A stretch of 64,000 nt of DNA from Marsupella aquatica (taxonomy: Eukaryota > Plantae > Marchantiophyta), in the NCBI GenBank assembly GCA_973895155.1, contig OZ316898.1, positions 20,905,292 to 20,969,291 on the forward strand. The letters are read 5' to 3'. Of this stretch, positions 48,634 to 61,200 are shown in pieces. Under the pieces are notes generated by a model, which saw only the letters and a program-made list of their open reading frames with translations, was not told the DNA's origin and made no database searches. A program made the translations under genes and the position numbers. Position 1 is the first letter of the stretch. Every line of letters begins with the position of its first letter.

Positions 48634-51258
48634 ATGGAAGAGATGTACGGGGCTGCAAAGGGCCCAAGACGATACTCTGGTGCAGTTGGCACAATTGATC
48701 TGGATGAATTCATCCAGAAGTTTGATACGTGGTGCGATATGCAGACATTGTGTAACGCCATGTTGTTTACCCCTTTCATGGCATGGAAGGGATTATTTTA
48801 GCATTTGGAGGGGCCACCCATGGATGACTACCATGAGTTTCGGAAGACTCATTTGGTTGAAATTGAGGCAGCATTGGCCGCCTAATTACGTGTCCATCAC
48901 CTATGGCACTAGTGCGGTTGCCCAACCCATTGCCACAACTGCTGCTTCTTCTAGCAGCACTAGCCAGAGTGGCACACCATCCACCAGCAGCACTCCAACA
49001 GCATCCACCGCTACTCCTACCGGTGTGATTGTGACAGGGACTAGAGCTGCACCAGCATTTAACCCTGTGGTGGAATTCTTTGAGGTACTAAAGCAGAACT
49101 ATCAGGGTGTGAGAACTAATAAGTTGAAGGGTCTCCAAGAGTTTCAACGCAAGACTGGAGAGAGTTTGCGTGAGGCATACACTCGTATGCGCAGATTGAT
49201 CACTGTCACCAAGGGAGTGACAGAGGCTCAGGCAGTCCAGTTTTGGTATGCAATTCTGGATAGAGAGTTGCGACACAGAGTGAGAGATGTCACTCTACTT
49301 AGGGATGCAGATCCCACATTAGCAGTTGTTTTTACCCTTTCTGAGCGCATTGAGCTCAATATGGTGAATGAGAAGGTGGTGACTTCCGGATTTGCCAAGG
49401 AAGCACCAAAGGCTACATCTACATCCACACCACAGCCTACTGCACAAAAGAGCTAGAGGGAGAAGCCTCCTGCACAAGAGTCTACCAGCCAAAGACCTGT
49501 GCCCTCTTATGCTGGACAGTAGTCAGGATGTTGGACCTGTGGTGGGGATCATGCATAGAGATATTACCCAGATCATAGAGGATCAGGGGGAGCATCAGCG
49601 CCTGATCAGCGACAGTGTGATCACTGAGGAGCTTCTGGGCACACCAAGGATAGGTGTTTCTCACTCCATCCTGAGTTACGGAGAGGAGGATCCCGTACAC
49701 ATGATCAGGGAAGAGGAGGAGGTAGAGGTGGTGGACATGGTCGTGGCATGCCACATGCGGAGAGATAGGGAGGTGACGTTGCCCCTGCTGTAACCATAGA
49801 TCCAAAGGATACTAAGATTGCTCAATTGGAGCAACAGCCAGCTGCCATGGCTAGTTCCCAGGTGAGACCTACTTTTGGTGATGGGGCATCTACATCCTAT
49901 GGACCTTCCACATCCCATGGTCCTTCCACATCTTATGGAGCTGATGGAGACCTTGCCACCATGGGATTCATGTGTGGCACTACACTTATTGATGCATCAG
50001 CAGCTTTGACATGTGGGGCAGCCAAAGCTCTTGAGCCCCGAGGAGCAGTAGTGGAGCTAGATCCATAGAGGGGAGATGCACGTCGGCAGACAAAGCTTCC
50101 TCAGTCTTTTACATTGTTAGAGACAGTTCAGACTGTCTCTATAAACCCGGTTCGGACAAACCCTGGCATGGGTGAGTTGGCAGAATCAGGTAGTGATGCA
50201 TCAGGGATGACAAGTACCTTGTTGGGGGCGGCTACTGCCATGGTATGCGCCCCATTATTTTCAGTGACAGACATGCTGAACTTGGGAGTTGGTTTTGCAG
50301 AAGTGTTCATATTGGCAGCTACACTCTATGAGGACACTCCAGTGGTGGCTTCCCATGCAGAAGCAGCTTGCAGTGTTGAAGCAGTGAAGGCCATGCCACC
50401 TACTGCTACTAGTGAGACATGGCATGCAACAGCAACAAGGTTGGTGGATTTACCAGCACACCCTACATTTGAGAGGACTAGGTTTAAACCTAGTGTTGTG
50501 TCATTGGATAATCGGAGTGGTATCTTCTGATTAGTTGGGCCATCTGGAACAATATACCAGCCAGAGAGAGTGTTACTGGATACTGGTGCTTAGCCCTTGA
50601 TGTTGGGTAAGTCTGCCATACGTGGATTGGGATTGCGTCTAGAAGATTTGGAGGATTGTCCCTTTTCCATTCAGACTTCATTGGGGGGACCTACACCTAC
50701 ATAGCACATTACCAGGAGACCTCTTGATTTGAGGATTCAAGAAGGTCATACCACAGATAGCTCACAGATACAGGCACAAGCTATTTTGACTAAGGCAGAG
50801 TCATATGATGTGTTGGTGGGATGTACAGTGCTCTACCCCATGGGATTTATTCTTGATTTTTGGGAGGAATCAGTGTCATATAGACCTGATTGGCAATCAG
50901 GAGATGCTCGATTGAGCAAATTGCCAGTGAGATTTAGTGGACCTGTGGGAGACCCTATATCCACACCATTGTCTTTGGCAGCATTCAGTGGTGTAATTGC
51001 TGGACCTGATGATTTGCTTGAGGGTAATGCGCATGCAGCAGATGTTCCGCCATTGGAGGAGTCTCATGAGGAGCACATCATGCGAGGATTACCTGTTGGC
51101 AGTGTTGTGCCACCAGTGTGGGGCACTACACAGGCCTTGTCACAGGCAGCAGCACAATTGGTACATGATGCATGGCGTCATGCTTTTACACCACAGTCAG
51201 GAGTAGAGCAGTCTCTTGCAGATGGACCTGTGACTCTTTCACCATTGGATACCACTCC
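48634..51258 (+). pseudogene. Ty3/gypsy gag-protease relic, host of the giant-LTR insertions; resumes at 58194-58226
   Basis: IDLDEFIQKFDTWC and FQRKTGESLREAYTRMRRL (gag); CWTCGGDH and CDH*GASGHTKDRC (zinc knuckles); RVLLDTGA*PLMLG (aspartic protease). The frame continues PLDTT|PIAW*YPPEG across the TSD. Confidence 0.85.
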
Positions 51259-52739
51259 TGTGATGCCTAGCCAAGAATCACTAGGCCAGTGAAGTGGGGA
51301 AAACAGAGGTGTACCCTATAAACACATCAATATAGTAACAAAAACAAGGAAAATATAAACAACTAAGGGTGACTATGGAACCCGGGCCGAGGCTGGAGGT
51401 GAGGACATCGGGGAAGAGAACATGATTAGGGTTAGGGCGCGGTAAGCATCGGCGGCTAGGGGTAACCAATGAGAGGAAAAACCAGAGGAAGAGAGGGGTA
51501 AGGACTGCTCGCGAGGAATGGTGGTTCATTTGCAAGCACAAATGGGGCAGACGACTACGGAAGGTGAACTACTGTCAGCTGCTTAGGCAAGCACTCTAGG
51601 CGGGAGCAGATACCAACGATCAACTCAAAGAGGGTATGAGCAACGTCAATCAAGTAGCACATTTTTGGGGATGCCTGTTCGAACGGGCAACTGAGTACGT
51701 TAGGACTTATGAGGACGAAGAATCAGAGAGAGCAGCTCGAGAACGGCAGGAGCTCGCTCGACTATGGGAGCTGCAGAAGTCTGCCTTCTTAGGAGGAGAA
51801 CTCATCAAGGCCGAGTTCTTGTGGACTCCTACTGCCAATCAGCTCGATGACCTTCTATTTTGCGAAGACAGAATCGTCGGCATTTGGGAAGCCATCAACC
51901 GCTACAACAACGCGCACTGGGAGTTGAAGGGTAGCACGGAGGGGTGGACGAAGGCAACTATGCTAGGAGAAACATCCACGGCAACCGAGATGAAGAGGAA
52001 AGGAAACAACACCAAAGAGGCCACCCCGGCAAAAAGAACAAGGTCGGCGACACCAAGGAAGCCAGTAGAGGAGCAGAATAGGAGGCAGGTAGAAGCCAAA
52101 GAGGAGGAGGTCGATCCCATCAATGCCATTCCAACAAAGGATGACACTTGGAAAGGCTGGGTGGTGACCCTACCAGAGGAAGTGCAATTACATTTTGCAC
52201 GGGAGGAGGATGCATGCTTTACGGCCATGCAGACCAAGAAGTACCAGGATTTCATGGCCGGATCCGGCTTGGAAGCCTTTGTAAGATTACCATGGCTGAA
52301 GCCAGAGGTGCCGGACTTAGACTTATTAGAATTCGTGGGATCATGGGAACCCAAGACCAACTCCACGAGGGTGTATGGGAAGGATTTCTATCTCACTCCC
52401 CGGGTGATTGCCGAGGTGTTTGGCTTGCCGATGGGTAATAAGACCAAGGTTGATACCAGGAAGACCTTACCTGACAAGGAGTTCCGGTCGTTCCCAAGAC
52501 CATCAACGAAGAATGGCTTCTTCCGGAACACCTGCACCAACTCGCACATCGGAGAGATGATCGATTTCTTGCGGGTGACCATGCATTGTAACTTGCCGAG
52601 GGCAGAGATCGGCAAGGCTCAGGTCTACCTGGCAGAAAGGCCAGACCCAAGCCGGGATTACAACGGGTACCTCCTCAACCAATTGAAGAAGATCTTGAAG
52701 GAGGAACAGCAGGTGATCGGCGTGAGAAGCGTGTCCCGG

Positions 52740-55233
52740 TGTCCGGGGACCAGTTTAAAGCAGTATAAAAGTAGACTTTTTAATACTTTTAGGGACTTGG
52801 ATTTTCATAGTATTTCCTTAAGTTGGTTTAATCTTTCTTAATCCTAATCAGTTTCCATTTTAAATATGAAATTACACTAAGCTATTTTAACCTAAAACAA
52901 TAACTTTCTACTTTCATCTAAATTCGATGCATCACTCACATTTCCATAACAATTAAACATTTTTACCACAAGAGCATTTTATCATTTTGATCACATAAAA
53001 TAATTCAAACTCAACTTTTTATTTCAATCATTTTCAAAATATGAAGTTTGGTTCGGGTTTACAAAGTGTTTTTCGGTGGCTAATCTCCTAATTCAGGTCT
53101 CTCTACTAAACTCAGCTCAATCATCAGGTCAGGTCTTGGTCTCAAGCTCATTGATGGTTTCCCCCAAACATGTTGGACACAATTTTAGTCTCCGCCGAGC
53201 TTCCTTCACGTTGTCGTTCCTCTTACACTCTTCTTCTTGGCTCTTCTTCCTTTGCTCCTCAAGTTTCCAGTCCCATAGCAAAAAGAATTTACGGCCGCTA
53301 TCCTCATACCCCATGGCAACGGACTATCCCTAACCTAAAGATGGATCCAATCACCGGGTTCCACTCGTCGAATGTAGTCAACTTCCTTATTCTAAATTCA
53401 CAACACAACTTCAAACCTAAGGTGGTCGGGATGATCCATAATTCAAGTTGAAACTTCTTTACTAATTTCATAAATGGCTCATTTTTCTCCTTGTAGCACC
53501 CTAGAAGTTGAGTTCAGCAAAAATAAGTTAATCCAATGGCTCTTTTAACCTCCAATCCTTGATCTCCCTTTCTGCAGCTTGTTTCCCTCTTCTGAATTCT
53601 GAACTCTTCTTATTCATCTCCCGTGGTATGTATCCATCATTTAACCTTCCTTATGAACATTTTTATCAATGGTAAACTCACCTCTTTCCCTTTTCTTTTG
53701 TTCAAACTCAGCTTGCTTAGCTCACATTAGTCTCAGTATAGTTCTCAATGAGTTCCGTTCTTTACTGTTCTCTTTTGTCCTCTGTTCAACAATGTTCATT
53801 ACTGTTCTGAGATTTTCTGATAGACCTTCTTTTCAAGTCCCATAGCCTACTTCGTTTGAAACAAAAGTAATCCGTCCATCACTTTGCGAAGCGTGGCCAT
53901 TCCCTTCCTTTCACCTCCTTTTTCTGTGCTTCCCTAAGCCACTGGCGTTCTACTCACTTTCGACTTCTCTGCCAACGTTCGATTAATGTCTTCTCCTCTC
54001 ATCCGTTTCACTATCGTCCCTCAGATTCGATTCGAAAACAGCCGGAGAAGATTCAAATCAACCATGTTCTTCCGTCTCTCTCAGCCGATCATCGCTCTCA
54101 TTTCAGCTCACGATTGCCATCTTGCCCTGCACTCTCTGATCGGTCAAAAGCTTCAATAACACTGCTAATTGACGTCTTCGGGAGCAATCTTGCTGTGTAG
54201 TCCTTTGCGTCTAGCAGTCCAGTCTCTCTTTTCATCAGCCTGATCTCTTCTTTTACTCCATCTCAATTCTTGCCAGCCAAAAAACTGCTGCTGAATTCAG
54301 CCGGTCCTTGTTTCACTCCATCTTGATTTTTCATTATTCGCCCGGTCTTTGCACTTCCTTGCTTCCAAAATCCCACGAATAATCTCTCTCAAAAACTGTT
54401 GACATTCGATTGCTTCTTCTCAATCATTCAAGAGATCTTTTAATAGCTTTAACATTCAGCAGCGCTCACCCTGTTCATCCAAAAAACGAGATCTCCTTGT
54501 TCATTTGAGAAAATCCTCCACAGCCCTTCCTTATCATTCGAGAGAATCCACCACACAGCTCCCATGTTCTGCCGCTCGCGCACTTGTCATCTTTTCTTCT
54601 CAATCATTCCACGAATAATCTCTAAATGAAACTGTCAACATTCGACTGCTTTGTTCTCACTTTCTCCGAACCTCCATCGCGTACAACAGCCTTCACTCCA
54701 GAATTCCCAAAAAATTCATCCCTGCCACGACCATTCTTCTCCACCAAATATAGCTTGTTCACCCCGAAGATCTCCTAACAGGTCTTACGATCGGCAACAC
54801 TTCCCCTTTTTCATTCACTTCCCAAATCTTCCAATAATCACACGACACTCTGCCAACATTCGGCCGTTTTCCTTATCTCCCTCCTGAACCTCGATTGCGC
54901 CTCACTCTCCTTTCCTCTACTCCTCGCGAACTTCCTCCCTAACTTCCTTCTTTGATCGACCATTATTTTCCTCCCGATCCTCCTCTTCGCGTCTCACTTT
55001 GAATCTGACCCTTATGAAATGTGCTCACAGGATGCCACGTGTCTCAACCACAATAATTGTCTCTATTTCCTTAAGTCTAAGCTTCAACTTTCACTTGTTT
55101 TATTCCTCTTTTGTCTTTTTGAACTTTCTCCAACACAACAAAACTCACACCAAAACTGAATCCCTTCACCAAATATTTCCAACTCAAGAATAAGGCCTTC
55201 ACTTCCTTTCCTCTATTATCCATCCCGACGACA
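52740..55233. mobile_element. 2494-bp solo-LTR-like insertion with 4-bp TSD CCGG
   Basis: TGTC...GACA ends; CCGG at 52736-52739 and 55234-55237. The empty site (GTGTC-GCGG-CTTGG) is visible in the paralogue at ~59695-59708. Confidence 0.9.
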
Positions 55234-55965
55234 CCGGCTTGGCTATCACATGCTGCTGTTGTGCCGTTATGCCCAAAGTCAAATCTTTGCCCTAGTACTT
55301 CCCCTATCGGCAAGGGCACCGGAGGAGGTTTTGGAGCAGAGGCCAGCAACAGAAGAACCCAACCAGCCTGCCAGTCCTACGATCGAGCAGATGTTTCGGC
55401 CAAGGAAAGAAGAGTTACCGATGCAGCAATCAGGCATGCAGAATCTGCTCAAATTGCTGGAGAAGGAGAGAACGGCACCGGCAATGGCAACGGCACTGGT
55501 ACAGGACACTGCCCCAGAGGCCGGCCTAAGCCGAATCAGGAGGGAAAACCCCTTTACCGGAGTCAAGGAGAGAAGGAGGCCGGAACACAAGCCGGGAGTT
55601 TGAATGTATGTGGGAGCCTCAAGCCCCGAATCGGAGGCAGAGCAGCCTAAGGCTCCTTCCCACGGAAAGCAGAGGGAGAGGACAGCTTGGAAACCAGAGG
55701 AGGAACTAGAGCCCATGATCTATGAGGCAGTTTTCACGGCAAGACCAGGGGAACAGAGGGGGAAGCCGAGAGTCCAAGCAGTGGAGGAGGCGGTGGAGGA
55801 CTACAACAATGATAACTCCGGCTATGGGTCGGATCATCATGTTCCAGGAGTAAGGACCTATGGCCGGTTTATCCCCACGCTTCCACGAGTAGTTCGAGGG
55901 GACCCCACCCAGCAAAGTAGCCCCGAGTCTCCCCCACCAGAGGTTGCTCCCTCGAGCTTTGACGG

Positions 55966-57709
55966 TGTCGTGAAGTCCGTGGGCGATGTCAGGAAAGCCC
56001 GGGCTTCTGTCTGTCGGAAGAACAATGTGCTACGACGTGCTAATAAAACACTACGATCATTACCCGAAATCGTTCAATTGTCATGGGAACAACGAATGGA
56101 ATCGGGGATGAAATGATCATGGTATATGCCGACTCCCCAAAGTTTCTGATGATGAAGGCTCAAAACTCAGTTTTTTGGCGACATATCACCCGAACATTAC
56201 AATCTATACTAAAATTAGGCCTAGGAACTCTATTGAGGTCCATCTTGTAATTTAGAATCACGGTACAAGCTTCTTGAACATAGGAAATTCACCTACGGTT
56301 GTTAATTTCCTTTGTACCATATCAAACAAGCCAAGTATTTACTATCCTATCATCCCTCAAAGGTTCGAGTCAAAACTCTATCTCCATCAATAGGTACAAA
56401 GAACAATGGTGGACCTATCTAGATTGCAGGCTACGAAGACCCTGTCACCGTCACCATACTATATATCTCACTTAAAGATAGATATACCCTCAAAACTTTT
56501 TCCTAGGCATGACATAGCTTCTTATCTATTTCCAGGATTTTTTTTATAAATATGCATCTTATTCTAGGAAAATATTATAAGCAATATTCAAACTCAGAAA
56601 AATATGGTTCTATTTGAGCATAATCTAAACCTTCAAGTCATCATAACTTTCTAGTATTATACCAAAATCAAGTGATTCCAAAAGCAAACTTGGTGTGCTC
56701 ATCAAGGTGATCAAAGTTAGAATACTATTTTCCTAAGAAAAATATATCATAATAATTTCCTATATAGTACAACCTTTACTATTTAATAACTTTCTAACAA
56801 TGTCACATCCCTAGCTTCCAAGCACATTCTATGAATTCTTATACTCCCCACACTATTCTTGCACATAAGTTTGGAATAACAAAGAAACTCACCATGCCAC
56901 CCCCAAGGGGCAGGCCTCTTATTTATAGTGCTTTGGAGGGGTAATGACTCACCCCTTTGGTACACATGGTCCAATAATATTTGAACATGTAAACAACAAG
57001 GTGTTTGGATGCTATTGGGCATGTTTCCATGCGTATCCTCCTTTCGACACCTAATTGGCCATGTGTTTGATTCTAAATGGACATGCAACCATGCAAGGCC
57101 TTTTTACACATGTATGCCACGTATCCCTATATATTTTGCTATATCACAAATCTAGTGGAAAAGTAAAGCCACCTAGTAGGCCTATACTCTAGTTTATGAT
57201 AATTATTCATATAGCCCACAATACTTTATTTAAAAGTGCTTTGTCGTCACTCTAACCCATCATAGGATGCCTAAATTTTGTAACTAGGCATGATGAATCA
57301 CCAAACTAGCTATTATGTTAAAATATAAAAACATATAACCCACTTATGTGTATATGTAAGTGTGGGTAAGAACAAAGGTTGAGCGGATTCTTCAACCTCC
57401 CGAAGGAATCGCACACCAAAGTGATGCACGATGAATTGCCGAAAATAAACTTTCTCCATAACCCAAAACTGAAATTCAATGTGATTTGGAAATCCAACTG
57501 GCGCCCCGTGCACTCCATCCATTGTTGCTTTCTTGCCTTAGAGTTGTTGCCTCCTCCTCTCGTTCCTCGTTTCTTTATGAATCGGCAACCCGCTACAAGC
57601 ATAGGTACCCGACTTATGGTCTTATTTGTCATCTTAAGTCGAGATGTTGCAAACCCAAAATATACCCGTGTAACTTAGGTGTACTATTTGCACCAAAGTT
57701 ACCACGACA
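55966..57709. mobile_element. 1744-bp solo-LTR-like insertion with 4-bp TSD ACGG
   Basis: Perfect 7-bp terminal inverted repeat TGTCGTG...CACGACA; ACGG at 55962-55965 and 57710-57713. The empty site (TTCG-ACGG-CATAA) is at ~60349-60361. Confidence 0.92.
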
Positions 57710-58226
57710 ACGGCATAAAGCAGACGGCACAAGATTTTCAGGATCGATTTAGGGAGGAAGAGAAAGCAGCCCTGACACAAGAGAAAGATTTACCAGGAGG
57801 AGATTGGCCGGAGGACATCAGGCGGCTTGCCAAAAAAAGAAGCAACCCTCTTGCCACCATAGAAGAAATCCGCAAGGCGGCTTGGGAACAGAGGCCACGG
57901 TGGTTGATGCCGATGACTTCTACTTACTCCACCTATGCTAAAGATAGAGCCATGGAGTACGGGGAAATGTGTGGAGATCTTGCGCTTAGCATCTTTGGGG
58001 AGGAGTTGGAGCAGGGACCCTTTTTCCAGAGGGAGATGTATACGTGTGTAAAATGTTAATAGTAGTAGAAGGAGAGTTAGCAACGTCCCATGCCGCTAAA
58101 CCCCGGAAACGGCCTCGCCGAGGACAAAACCTACGGGAATCGGCTTGAGCAAGGGAGTTTTCTTGGGTTTGGGGAGCCATGGGACGCACCACAACTCCTA
58201 TTGCTTGGTAGTATCCACCGGAGGGT

Positions 58227-61200
58227 TGTGATGCCTAGACAGGAATCACTCGGCCGGTTAAGTGGGTAAAGCAGGAAGGCACCCTAGGAACACCTTAGTA
58301 TAGTGACAAAACAAGGAAAATATAAACAATTAGGGGCAACCATGGAACCCGGGCAGAGGCCGGAGGTAAGGCTGAGGGTGAAAACCCGATTAGGGTTAGG
58401 GCGCGTTAAGCGTCGGCGGCTAGGAAGGATCAACGGGAAGAAGGACCGGCAGAGGAGAGGGGTAAGGAGCGCTTGCAGGAGATGGTGGCTCATTTGCGAG
58501 CACGAACTAGGCAGACGACTACGGGAGGCCAACTACTGTCAGCTGCTTAGGCAAGCACTCGGGGAGAGAGTAGATACCGACGATCAACCTAAGGAGGGTA
58601 TGAGCAACGTCAATCAAGCGGCACATTTCTGGGGATGCCTGTTCGAACGGGCAACTGAGTACATCAAGACTTACGAGGACGAGGAGTCAGAAAGGGCAGC
58701 TCGAGAACGGCAGGAGCTCGCTCGATTGTGGGAGCTGTAGAAGACGGCTTTCTTAGGAGGCGAACTCATCAAGGACGAGTTCCTGTGGACGCCTACTTCC
58801 AATCAACTCGACGATCTTCTGTTTTGCAAAGACAGCGTCGTCGGCATCCGAGAGGCCATCAAGAACTGCAACGACATACACTGGGAATTAAAGGGTAGCA
58901 CGGAAAGGTGGACCCGGGCAACGGTGCTAGGAGAAACCTCCACGGCAGCAGAGATGAAGAGGAAGGGAGCCGTCAACGATGAAGCCACCCCGGCAAAAAG
59001 AACGAGGTCGGCGGCACCAAAGAAGCCAGCCGAGCAGCAGAGCAGGAGGCAGGGAGAAGCCGAAGAGGAGGAGGTCGATCCCATCAAGGCCATTCCAACC
59101 AGGGATGACACCTGGAAGGGCTGGGCGGCAACCCTACCGGTGGAGGTGCAACTACATTTTGCACGGGAGGAGGATGCATGCTTTACGACCATGCAGACCA
59201 AGAAGTACCAAGGCTTCATGGCCGGATCCGGCTTGGAGGCCTTTGTAAGATTACCATGGCTGAAGCCGGAGGTACCGGAGTCAGACCTATTAGAATTCGT
59301 GGGGTCATGGGAACCCGAGACCAATTGCACGAGGATATATGGGAAGGATTTCTATCTTACTCCCAAGGTGATTGCCGAAGTGTTTGGCTTGCCGATGGGC
59401 AATAAGACCAAAGTTGATACCAAGAAGACCTTGCCTGACACGGAGTTCCGGTCGTTCCCCGGGCCATCAACGAAGAATGGCTTCTTCCGGAACACCTGCA
59501 CCAACCCGCACATAGGAGAGATGATCGACTTCTTGCGGGTGACCATGCATTGTAACTTGCCGAGGGCAGAGATCGGCAAAGCACAGGTCTATCTGGCAGA
59601 AAGGCCAGACCCAAGCCGGGACTACAACGGGTACCTCCTCAACCAATTGAAGAAGATCTTAAAGGAGGAGCAGCAGGTAATCGGCATGGGGAGCGTGTCG
59701 CGGCTTGGCTATCACATGCCGCTGTTGTGCCGGTATGCCAGAGGTCAGACTTTTGCCCCGGTACTTCCCCTGCAGGTAAGGGCACCCGAGGAAGCTCCAA
59801 CGCCGAGGCCGTTGGCTGAGAAGCCTCAACCACCTGTTAGTCCTACGATCGAGCAGGTGTTTAGGCCCAGGAAGGAAGACTTGCCGATGCAGCAACCAGG
59901 CATGCAAAGTCTGCTGAAACTACTGGAGAAAGAAAAGAGATCGGCATCGGCAAAAACAATGGCAACGGCAACAATGCAGGACACTACTACAGAGGTAGGC
60001 CTACACCGGCTCACAAGAGAAAACCCCTTTGCTGGAGACAAGGAGAGAATCAGGCCGGAATCCAAGCCAGGTATTCGAATGTACGTGGGAACCTCAAGCT
60101 CCGAATCTGAGGCAGAATTGCCTGAAGCTCCTACCGACGAAGAGGAGAGGGAGAAGCCGGAAATCCAAGAGGTAGAGGAGGCAGTGGAGGACTGCAGCCA
60201 TGATAATTCCAGCTATGGGTTGGACCATCACGTTCCAGGAGTAAGGACCTGTGGCCGGTTTGTCCCCACACTTCCAAGGGTAGTGCGAGGGGACCCCAAC
60301 CAGCAGAGTAGCCCTGAGTCTCCCCCACCAGATGTTGCTCCCCCGAGCTTCGACGGCATAAAACAGACGGTGCAGGAATTTCAGGAGCGAATCAAGCAGG
60401 AGGAAGAGGCCGCCCTGGCTAAGGAAAAGGATTTACCAGGAGGAGATTGGCCGGAGGACATCAGGCGGCTAGCCGAAAAAGGAAGCAAACCTCTAGCCAC
60501 GATTGAAGAGATCCGCAGGACGGCTTGGGAGCAGAGGCCACGATGGGCGATGCCGATCACTTCTACTTACTCCACCTACGCTAAGAATAGAGCCATGGAG
60601 TATGGTGAGATGTGTGGGGAACTTGCGCTCGGCATCTTTGGAGAGGAGTTGGAGGTAGGACCCTTTTTCCATAGGGAGCAGTTGGAGAAGCACCAATTAG
60701 AAGAAGCGGTGGCTTTAGAGAGAAGCAAGAAGGACAAGGTCATTCGGCGGCTTAGGAGGATGGAAGCCGAGATTGAAGATCTAAGGGCGGCCAAGAAAGC
60801 CCAAGATGAACTGCGGATTAAACGACATGAGCTGAACATCATGCAGGGGCAGTTGGACGCCGCGCAGGCTGATAATCAGAATATCAAGGATAAACTGACT
60901 CAGACGCAGGAAGAGTTGGCCGACACGATCAAAGAAAGGGAAAAGTGGAAGCAAGAGCTGAAGAATACAGAGGAGGCCCACATAACAGCCAACAGCCGGG
61001 CCATGGCGGAGACCCAAAGAAAGGAGTGGGCGTTGAAAGGGGAGCTCGAGAAAATCCGCGGAGCCCTTGAGCAGAAGGAGGTCGAGTTAGGGAAATCCTA
61101 TCAAGGGATTATGGCGCTGCAGCAGGAGCTTGCGTCCCTGACGGCCAGCTTCAAGGCCGACCTAAGGGAGAAGGACGAGATGCTCGAACAGACTTACGCC

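Larger units (their letters stand above)
51259..58193 (+). mobile_element. Solo copy of the ORF-bearing giant LTR (copy 2) with two nested insertions and a ~2-kb internal deletion
   Basis: TGTGATGC...GCACCACA flanked by the perfect 5-bp TSD ACTCC (51254-51258 and 58194-58198). Colinear with 58227-62862; at ~58035 it jumps from the equivalent of ~60675 to ~62709. Confidence 0.95.

Noticed and set aside
58738-58740. Programmed stop-codon readthrough in the LTR ORF
   Set aside because: The paralogous copy has CAG here, so a C-to-T mutation is the simpler explanation.
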